DNA of 64,000 bases from Nymphaea colorata (lineage: Eukaryota): contig NC_045138.2 of NCBI RefSeq assembly GCF_008831285.2, forward strand, positions 17,298,001 to 17,362,000, read 5' to 3'. Positions 53,499-64,000 of this stretch are shown piece by piece. The notes below the pieces were generated by a model. The model saw only the letters and a list, made by a program, of their open reading frames with translations. It ran no database searches and had not been told where the DNA came from. Position 1 is the first letter of the stretch, and every line of letters starts with the position of its first letter. Both the position numbers and the translations under genes were made by a program.

Positions 53499-56400
53499 TC
53501 ATTGATTGAAATCCACAGAGCAGATAACCAAATCCGCGTTTTTCTTTGACTTCATAATAAGCTCTGCGTTAGGTCTGTCATTATATTCAACCTAACAATC
53601 ACCAAAAGAAAGGGAAAAAGTTAATATATCAAAAGATAGCCAGCACAAATTATTAATACCACATAGAAGGATCAAAATGAACTAAACACCAAATGGTTTA
53701 GGCTTACCCGCCATTCAGCAACATCTGGTGCTTTCCCTGTGAATGTCGACAGTGACGGTGGATGGTCAAGGTTTAATAAGCGAAGGAAGCTCAAACTTGC
53801 AAGAAGAGTAATGGAAAAACAAACCTGTTGCAATATGCCGATTCACAACTCGCTTCATCGATTTGTCAATGTCAATGTCAATAAACCTTAGTTGAGAATG
53901 TGGAAATGATTAGGAACATAAAACCAGGATACACTTAAGGCAACTGAGTTAAATAGCCTCTGATCAAGATGATCACCATTTCTCATCAAATACACGTGAA
54001 ATATCCTTCCAAACTCCATCATCCAAGAGCAGATAATTTCCTTCTACTATAACTAACTTTTGCCTGCATTTATGTGTGTCAAGGCAAAATATCAAAAACG
54101 TTAAGGTCAATAATCCACAGAAAGTTAAAACTAGGAAAACAGAACCCATGTTTTAAAACCATTTACCAGATAACCCATTATATTTCACCATATACAGAAT
54201 GTGTAACAGTAGTAGTATTTTGAGAACTAGCTGAACTGGGTTTCAGAAGACAAACAAATATATTCTTAGTATGAGCATCAAACAACACGCCATGTGCAAA
54301 TACAAGTCATAGCAACAAGGCATGCAGCATCTGGCTGGACTGATTGGCTTAAGCCCTTTTAAGTTGAAGGAGGTTAACTGTATAGCTCAGGTTCAAATTA
54401 TATATCCAGATTCCAATCTACAGTAATTATGCCTATAAAGTTCCAATTAGTATGGCCACTAAGTCACTAGTTTAAAGGTCACGTGTCTTCCAGTACTCCA
54501 ATGCTGCAAACCGTTTTTTGTCTCAGAAATTGTAGCCAACTGGAACCCTTGACACTATATGTGCCGCTTGAATAATTATTAAACCTATACGCAGCAGCAT
54601 CTGTACTTTGCCACATTCAGTTACTTTATCAAATGGCAAGATGCTTGAATTTGGTCTTCGAACTAAGATATGCACTTTTCCATGACATTGTCACGCTGGG
54701 AGAAGGGACTTGCATTTAACTCCACAGGTTTTAGCTCCAGTGAGTAAATTGAAAGAAAGTAAGAAAACAACAGGATATAAGGGATCCTGTCTCAACAAGA
54801 TGGACTTTACCTAACTGAAACCTGGTCACTTGTGTGCACGAACAGGATGTTTGTTTCATTGCCTATGGAATGGTACATCCAATGGGCAGCAAAAAGCAAC
54901 AAATCTGCAGAATGTCAAAATGTCAAAATGTGCCAAAATGGCATTCTGCAGCAGAACAGAAGCTCCATGTTGTTATGCAGTATCCGTTTCACTCGGCACA
55001 TACATGGCCCCTCACCGGTATCCAGGAACAGGAAATCAAACGTGCCTAAGCAACATATTTTGTAACATCAAACACCTAGCTTTAGCTTAATAGAAATAAG
55101 TAAAGTTCTGACACAAATAATGAAGGAAGACAAGAGTTGATTGACTTACTTCATACCCACAAATATATCATCTTCTACAGGATCTCCGACACCATGATCA
55201 AAAGATGGTACATAAACAGATCCCTGATGGAATTAGAACAACAGCAGAAGAACGCAAAATCTAATTTCAGATTTTCAGCCAAGCTCATGGCAACAGCCTA
55301 TCAAACTCAAACACACCCAATTTCTCCAAAATTGACAACCAATGATATATCCAACTCTTCATCAAATGAGTCTCCTATGTTTTCAAACATCACGAGGATA
55401 CTAAATTTTGTCAAGCACAAGTATTTCAAACTTCAGTGAGTGATTCAAAACACAAAGCCTGGAAAAGGTGACTGGGAAGAACACAAACTTCTTGTACATA
55501 AGTTTGTAACCACAAACTGACACAGAAACAAGGAAAATGTAAAAAATTTACCTTTTCTTTCAAGGTCGTAAGACATGCTAGCAGTCGTACTGGATCAAAC
55601 GTCCATGGAGCTGAGATTAAGGATATCAAGATCAGTATCATATTATGCTTCACTACTTTTATGCATCATAAATTGGAAAAGCTCACCTCCTCTCCTTGCA
55701 TGTGCTTCGTCTGGATCCTACAAATTAAAAGTGATTAAAAAATTTAGAAATTATTAAATAGCAAGAAGATTAAGTGTATTTCCATCACCACCACCAGAAA
55801 CAGCAAGATCTACAGAGTCCTCTTCATCCAAGTAACAGATAGTAAGATATGTACTCGGCAAACATTCATATATACTAACCTCCATTGCATCAAGCTGAGA
55901 GCGGTAAAGATGAAATCCATCCATTGGCACGACAGTTGCAAAATTGCTAGCTTCTACAAGACCATCAAATGAAGGAGCTTTTTGGGGACATATCATGTTC
56001 AGACGCCGAACTACTTCATTTGCAAGAGTTGACTTGCCAGCTCCAGGAGGACCAGCTAGCCCTACAATGTATCTGTTAGCCATGCATATAAAAGCAGAAA
56101 ATTAAAATAAGGAAACAGTTGTACTACCCAAGTTGACCATCAAGCAAATTACTCTTTGTGCCATTCCTGGTAACCTCAACCAAAGAGACATGCTACTTGC
56201 CCTAGACTCTAAGGTGCCATATTGCCTTCATGTTTTCATACTTAAAAGTTGTGTACACCAGATGGCCCTGCATTTTTACTGCATTATGTGGATTTGTCTG
56301 AATCGACTAGTTGTTTGAGCTACTCCATTAGTTCAATTACTTAGAAACACTTTTTCAACAAAGAATAATTAAGAAAAAACAAGTTTGAGGCAGCAACCAA

Positions 56401-58554
56401 AAACAATGCAGTTGAAAAGACTAAAGTACACGTAAAAACAGGATAAGATTACAATTTATATCGCTATGAGGCAATGCATGATGATTAGCAAGTTCAAAGC
56501 AGCTCAAGAGGATGAGAGACTCTTACACTTAATGTTGAGTGCAGAAAACAACCCAAGTTACAAATCTTTCCCATCAATTATTACCAAATATGATTCAGTT
56601 CAAAACATAACATACTCCTAGACTTAAATTTGAAACTAGAAATATATAACTTTATCTGCCTAAAAGAAGTTTCCATTGAAGGAACAGACAGAATTCCCGT
56701 ACTTACTTTGAGGTAGTCTGGTCTGATGTATCAGCCACAGGAAGAAGTCGTTCAACTAGGGCATCATATATTTCATCAATGGACCTTCGAGAAATCCGAG
56801 TATCAGCTACTCATGAATATAAAAGGAAAAAACAAAAAGAATTGCTTCAGATAGGAAGAGAAATACAGAGCATTGAACGACATATATCATATATTCTATA
56901 ATACAGATGCCTTACCCAGTACGTGCATCCTCTACTCACACAAAGCAACAGAGGAGTGTCACGAATTACATCACACGAATGTATTGTCAATGCAATGCCC
57001 CCAACTTCAGACTTACTTTATAATCATTCATTTTATTAGATTCTCAGGTTCTTGCTTCTAATAAGTACATTGGATATTTTATGCTCGGTGATATACCAGT
57101 TTCCAGTATATTGTTCAGGACAGTTGAATGAATGAAGAGACATGCATGCAGGTACAATCTCCCACATACACATCCTCATTTTACAAGTATACGACTGTAG
57201 GAAATACACAACCTTTTTAAAAAAAAAAGGCTCATCATTGTAACAATAGGATTTCAAATCAAAATTTCTTGTCAACATAGTCCACCGATTTAAGAGATCA
57301 ATTGCACTCCTGATCACGCAAGTTATCTTGGATTTTTACTGCCCAAGCTTAAGACTGTAATTTCCACCTTCCAAAATTTTCTGAACTCAGTATGAATACA
57401 AAACCGAGTTGCCATCAAAATTCTGTAAAATGATAAACGTCAAATACTTTTGGAGCTACCAAGGAAGGACGTTTAGAGAAATAAACAGAACATTAACCCA
57501 AATTGCCTACACTAACCAATCAGGGAACAAAAGGTCGACCATTTTACACCTTCAATATAAATCCCTCAATTCATAGCGAACGCATACCTGGCCTTTAATA
57601 CTAACGCTTCCTTGTCATGACTTGAGAAAACCTATAAAAAGAACCATCAATCCATATAATATCAATTTAAAAAATGAAATAGTTACAAAATTAGAATAAT
57701 AGTTAAGTCACCTTGAAGCAACTTCTTTTTTGAACAACAATCTGCTTTGACCCATTTGAAGCGTTGCCACTTTGCCATCCACGAACGTCGATTTTGCGTT
57801 TCTCCAGCAACCAACATAGTTACCCGCTTTAGGCCTTAGCCTTTCTGCAGCTAAAAGACATTATACGATTGCTTTCAAAGTTCAAAAGCCCAAAAGACTC
57901 TTAAGCCTGTCTAATCAGGAACTCGTGATTTTGGCTCAGCAGTCAATCTATGTGCATGTTCAAGACAAGGTCAGTAAAATGTCAAAAAGCGTGAGTTCAA
58001 CAAACTTGCACTAAATCGCCACAAAATTTTCCTGTTTGCTGGCATTTTCTAAAGAAAAAAGAACAAATATTGAATAGCATGTAGCTCCCTTGTTCAGTAT
58101 TTCTCTGCATTCTTAACCAAAAGAAAAAGGCAAACAAATCTATCCTCAACCAAATTCACGGGAATAAGTTATCCGCCAAAAAAAGTTGCCGTGAGAAAGA
58201 GAGAAATATAAACTAATTTCAATCTCTGGCCAATTGATTTTCGAAAGTACAAAGGAATGCGAAGAATGAAACGAATCGAAAAATGTCAACTGACCAACCT
58301 CTAAGAAGAGGGCATTGCAAGCACATGACGAAATTGAATAACCCATTTAAGAAAAACAAGGATTGTGGAGGGATAGCGTTGGGCTCACCTGATGCAACAT
58401 TCGAGGAGCACTGTGGGGATGCAAATATGTTCCTGTCACGACCAAAACCAGTTCACGCTCTCAGCGAACAACAGAAAAAGGAAAGAAATATATATCTGCT
58501 TTGTATAAATAAACGACTCAATAACCTATTTTGAAAGAAGACTGGAGACTCCAT
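53499..58554 (-). CDS. P-loop kinase of the phosphoribulokinase/uridine kinase family (At1g03030/yeast Yfh7-like), ~316-320 aa, 13 exons: 58554-58526, 58432-58389, 57850-57712, 57631(or 57620)-57588, 56784-56707, 56072-55880, 55717-55687, 55610-55552, 55223-55150, 54063-53977, 53886-53825, 53736-53708, 53591-53499
   Basis: Spliced translation shows IVGLAGPPGAGKST (Walker A), VPMDGFHL, AHARRGAPWTFD, VPSFDHGVGDPVEDDI, VIVEGNYLLL, WFIDIDID, RHIATG, RVEYNDRPNAELI. GT-AG junctions are in phase from exon 4 onward; the first three exons are less certain. Confidence 0.9.
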
Positions 58555-61500
58555 GTCGTTGATCCGAAGAGGGAAGGAGAGAAAGATGATCAACGGGCAA
58601 AAGCAAGAAGCGAACTAGCGAATGTGAAGACCTTACTGGAATTCTTTAGAAATTCTCCACGATGCATCCATTTTGGAAAACTATAATTCCAGTGAAGCGT
58701 CTCCAAGTTTCACTTATTTCCGATTCATAAACGAATTTGATAGAAATTCGCGTAAACCTTCTCCCTCCATTCTCCGTGAAACAGAACTACTGTAATATAA
58801 ATCGGTTTCGTGAACTCGTGGTAAAACTTTGTCTCCTTTATTATTGTTCCTCTAATTTTAGAGGCTGATTTGTCGTTGGCCCATTTATTTGTTTGGTCTT
58901 TGTAATGTTTTAAAAACCTATGTTTGAAAACCTCATTAAAACAGTGAGGGGTGTTTGGGTGACACTTGTTGCCTTCAAAACGAAGTTTTTAAAATGTTTG
59001 AGTACCATTAAAACTGAGTTTGAAAAAAAAAACTAGATTTGATAAAATCTGTTTTTTTTTTAATGAATGAAAAAACTAGTCTCCTTTAAATTATTCAAAA
59101 ACGGCGTTTAAATATGTCACTCAAAGAAAATTTTTAAGATTGATTAAAAAACTTTGTTTTCATAGGATCCAGAATGGAAACCAAGTTTTATAAAACCTGT
59201 CTTCTAGCATCATCCAAATATGGCACAAATGGAGGGAAGGGGGGCGGTGTAGGCAATGGTCCCACCCTGGCCAATGAAAAAAAAAACTTTTACATTAAAA
59301 AAATATTATTTTTTAATCATTCTATGTATTTTTTTAAATTTAAATTCAGTTTAGTCCTATCCAGATCTAGAAGTTGCCAGTAAGCACAGTGTTTTAGAGC
59401 CAAAACGAGGCCTTGGAGGAGAATGGAAGTTGTCATCCAATCGCTCTTAAATTTTCATAAAACCTAAGTTTCCAACATGTATTAAATAAAGATATCATCC
59501 AAATGTCACACCAGTGTAAAAGGCAAATCAAAGTTGTCGACTTTCAGGGTTTGATGCCGCTTGGTGAGAGATACAAAGGCAAAAAAAGAAGCGTAGGCGT
59601 CTTTTCTTGTGGACTTGCATGTCACGTCACTAATTGTTGGATTGAACAAACTGACCCCTGGAACGTCAAATCCATTTTAGAATGTGTTTCGGATCCGGAC
59701 TTGCCCATCGATTGGATGACAGGTGATGCCCAACAGCCGAAGGCTACCTTTCTGCCCTTCATTTCTGCCTTTTTGGGGTGTAGCCTTTTTGCTTTTTTTT
59801 ACGTACAAGATGCTTCTCATGGCGTAAATAAACCCAACAAAAATATGGGCTGATTTTCCTTATATATATATATAATTTTTAAATTGATTTTTATGAATGT
59901 TACGTTTACGCGTCATGAGAGCACCAATATAAGTTGAAGTTGAAGAGAGCACAACTGTCATCACTAGTAGCAAGCAACAAGCACAACTCCAAATTTCAAA
60001 GAAAAAAGTAATAAAAAAAAACCTTCAAGCCCCGTTCCAAACAATAGGGATGAACTGAAAATATGTTTTTATAACAAATAAATAAATAAATCCACTTAAT
60101 TCCAATACCCATATATAAATAAATAAAATTTTGCCTGGTATCATACGCCTGGCAACACTGAATTGTATCAACCAACGTTCTAGCTTTTACATGAATCCAC
60201 CTATCGATATTGTATTTTGCTCATCGTATTTTTTACCATAAAAGGTCTTATTTACCATAAAAGGTCTTAAATGATGCTCATTGAAAACCCAGGGAGGCGG
60301 GCACTGGGGGTGCCCCCTCTCCTCCTCTATTAGAGGTGGTGGAATGAACTATTCACCTTTAAAAAATAAAAAAATAAATAAATAATAGTAAGGTTTAGGA
60401 CTTAACTTTAACTTTTTTTACATTTTCCCCCAACAACAATGCCACTTGTGTGCTTAATCCTGAATATCAGCCAAGTGGGCAGCATTGACGCAAATTTTTA
60501 AAAAATGCATAGTATGCAGTTTATAGTTTGTTCTTTGAATTAACATAACTACATGTACACAAATGCAATATGGTGTATAATACAAGGGGATTCAAATATG
60601 TTATATAATTGATGTTGTTGAATGTTAAAAATTAAAAATTTATTACTAAGAGCACCATATGCTGTTAAAAACTGTAAGTCATCACTCATCACTTGTGCTC
60701 ATTTATTTTTTAGTACTCGATATCTGGTATGCTTGAATTCTCATTCTGCACTAACACATAAAATTTAGGTTGCATTTGATAGATGCATTAACATTAAAAA
60801 TTATGCTTTAGAAGATTTGGGGATCCAAGTAATTTGGACCTTAAATCGATGCTACATATTAAAACCCATTGAATTTGAGGTTAGATCGTGGGGAGGGGGT
60901 CCGACCTTAAATCAATTATTTTGAGATCCGCTCTGAAACAAACACAACTTAATTCACACATGTATATAAGAATGGTTGAAGTGAACCAAGCGAGCATTAC
61001 CTTTTAAAAATTGACTCGATTCAACAAATCAAGTTGAGCTCATAAAATGGCTATTTTTAGGCGATCCAAGCTCGCACCCACTTGCTTTTTCATTTTCAAT
61101 ACACTATTTCAAAACTGCCCAAAAAAAATGGTGACAATTAAAGATCTCCGGTTCCAAACTTTCTTTTTAAGGTTTAGAAATACAAGTAAACATCGTCCAT
61201 CTGATGTGAGTCATACACAGAGTTGTCAAATGAACAATGTATTGTTGTCAAAGTGATACCAAAACACATTAAACAGTAAAATGATATTTCTAAGTGCTTT
61301 GAATCAGATTGCTCATCGAATTCAAATTCAGCCTGCAGTTTTACAAATGAATCCGAACACGAGTGCTAGTCGTATATGAATTTGCTTTGAAAGCTAAGAT
61401 GTGGAGTTGAGTTTGAATCGAGTATTATAAGTTAAAAGCTAGATTCTGCCTGAATTTTTTGGGGACACATTGTTATTCATTGTCAAATGATTCACGCAAC

Positions 61501-63984
61501 AGTGTGTGTGCTATAGAATGTCATGAATCTGCTTCATTTTTTTTTTTTGAACAAATTCATATGACAGTAACAATGTGTTACTATTATGTACATAATATAG
61601 CTCATGTGATAGTTCAAGATTCCACCCGTCTGGTAGAAAACTTGATTTTATTGACTCAATGCTTTGCATATTAGTTTCTTCGTTTGTTACTAAGCTTTTA
61701 AATGAAATAATAGCTCCTTTAATACAACGCGGTATTTTACGTAAATCCAGATGATGGGATTGAATTGCCTGAACTGTCCTGGTGTTTGATACCCAGATCG
61801 TGTTTGTGCCCTTTTATGTGGACAGAGAGAATCAAACATGGAAAAAGCAGGCTCTGCTTACCTTTTTGTGTTATTCCGATAATTTCATGATTTTCTTTTG
61901 TTTGCAAATTTATGAGTCGTGATTTTCTTCCCCATTGATTTGGGGAAAAACAAAGAGGGCGTTCCTTTTTGGTGTATAGATCGCATCAATTTCAAAGTAG
62001 ATTTCCAATGAGTTTGCATAATGTCAGATTAACCAGGTTTTTGGGGATTTCCATAAATATAAAGATTTTTCAATTCATTGCAATATAATTTCTTTGTAGA
62101 GAGACTTTCTAGAGCCGGATCATGGAGGATGGACTTTCACACGAAAACGATGTTTGTTTCCATCGGAAAAGATGATCAAGAAACTACAACAAACAGTGTG
62201 AAATGGAAATCCCCATGTAATATGCAAGCGAATTTCTCATAGTTATAAAAGATATGAGCAACATGAGAGCTAGGCATTGCATTATTGAACGAGTAAACTG
62301 GGCTTGGATATGGATTGGTAAGTTTCAAACCCGATTCATTTTGCAGCATTACTGGGTCTGGTGACGGATCCGATGGAGGGGATTGTCTGAGATTTTTTTT
62401 CCAATGGTGGAGATTGGTGGATTTATTCGAGAGATTTGGTGGATTAAATGAGATATCCAACTAGGGATATTTTCAGGCCCATGATCGAGATGCTAGGGTT
62501 AGGGCAAACTCATCAACCTACCCATTTCAGTGCATAAACGAGGCATTATTGGATCGTACTATAAACGGAACGAATCGGATCGGGTCTCATAAGTACGCCC
62601 AATCAGAACCCTTTCAAGCTTCGATGTTGCTTTGCTCCCAAATCTGAAACCAAATCCAAGCCGACCCATATCCATATCCATATCCAAACCCTGAGTGCCA
62701 GGCACGAGCCTTATCCAAACCTCATACGAGATGGTTTGATCCATTGTCCGTATCAGATCCACAGATCAGTTCAGTTTTTGATCCATCTGCCCATGAATCC
62801 TTTGTTGAGGTTCGGATGTTGGACCCGAACCGAGAAGAAGAACCGGATCCGATTCATTACTCGGGGGAGGACTCGGGAGAGTGGGTGAATGCCGCCCGTT
62901 TGTCGAAAGACCATAAGCCATTCAATAATTGAATGCCTTATTTAGCCCCAAACTGGCTTTTCTCAAAGGACGAAAGTGCCCTTCAACTAGGGTTTGGTCA
63001 GCGCGGACCAGACTCAATCCAGTGGAATCCGGGACGACTTTCCGGGAAACTGAGTTAACCCCAAGCTTAGGGGATCGGGTTTGTATAAAAGAATATGTCC
63101 CGATCCAAGTTCATCCAGTTGGATCCATAGTTAAGAAATAAGAATAGTAACTGAGCCGAGCAATTCTGTGATCGGCTCGGCTCAGCTTGAGAACGAGTAG
63201 TATAGGCTTGTTTATCTTTACGTAGACGAGCGGAGCATGAACAACAGCTTGTTGGCTCAGCTCGTCGAAATATATTATATGCATATTGTGCATATGGTGA
63301 TTAATTTTGAATTTCATTAGCAACTAATTAAAGCTAAAACAAGTTGCTTGACATGGGTATGTAAAGCTTGGCATTATAGACGAGTTTATAAACTTAGTTA
63401 GGCCAAATCAAATTGCATCTTTGATTAAAATTTCATCCCAGTGAATGCATTAAATGAAGTTAACTAACTGCTTCAACCTACTCTAACCCCAAAGCTACCT
63501 TCTGATCTAGCGCTTAGAGGTTTGGTATGCAATATTTTTAGTTTTGCTTTTGTTTATTCACTATTTCCGGTGCTCAAAAATGGCAAATATTTTACTTTTG
63601 ATTAAAATTAGAAAAGGGCATTGTCTTGAACAGTTAGAGGAAGTTAAAAATCACAAACCCGGGTTTGGACTCATTCACGGATGGTATGGACCCGATCCAT
63701 CGACGGGCCGACTCCCATGATGTCACGAACACACACGACCCACTGGGATTCAATGGTCAATTCCCAGAAAGTGAGGGTAGGTTTGGAAATGTACTCTCCT
63801 TCCTCACGTCTCTCTCTGGAAAGTTAAAAACGCCCGCCAAATACAGAAACTCCCGCCATCTCTCTCTCTCTTCCCTCCACTATTTCTATCCTCTGCCTCC
63901 TCCTTCCCACTTTCTCTTTCTCTCTCCCTTTCTCTCTCTGTCGATCTCTCTCTCTCTAGAAGTTCTATCTAGAAGGCGGGGAAG

Positions 63985-64000
63985 ATGCAAGGGGGAGGGG
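63985..64000 (+). CDS. Possible start of the next gene (MQGGG...), cut by the window edge
   Basis: ATG in a good context (GAAGATG) right after a CT-rich 5'UTR-like tract (about 63860-63958). Only five codons visible. Confidence 0.35.

Overview
Eukaryotic (flowering-plant) genomic DNA: AT-rich, with GT-AG introns, microsatellites and MITEs. It holds (i) a complete 5-exon Aux/IAA gene (+, 8078-10664); (ii) a ~37-kb cluster of class II PR-4 (Barwin/wheatwin-domain) defence genes: seven intact two-exon copies in two subtypes (A1, A2; B1-B5), two exon-2 pseudogenes, a signal-peptide relic and orphan promoter copies; (iii) a 13-exon P-loop uridine-kinase/PRK-family gene (-, 53499-58554); and (iv) probably the start of another gene at the right edge. 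The B-type genes lie in four nearly identical ~5.48-kb tandem units that I could distinguish only by homopolymer length, and B2-B4 look like B5-promoter/B1-3'-end chimeras made by unequal crossover. Each unit also carries a tRNA-like SINE in the PR-4 intron and a Tourist-like element enclosing a foreign spliced-gene fragment and a nested hAT MITE. The A-type proteins have Ser in place of the C-terminal His implicated in wheatwin RNase activity. I found no prokaryotic-type system and no clearly new gene family; the interest lies in the architecture and divergence of the PR-4 array. Comparisons were made by eye, without alignment tools.
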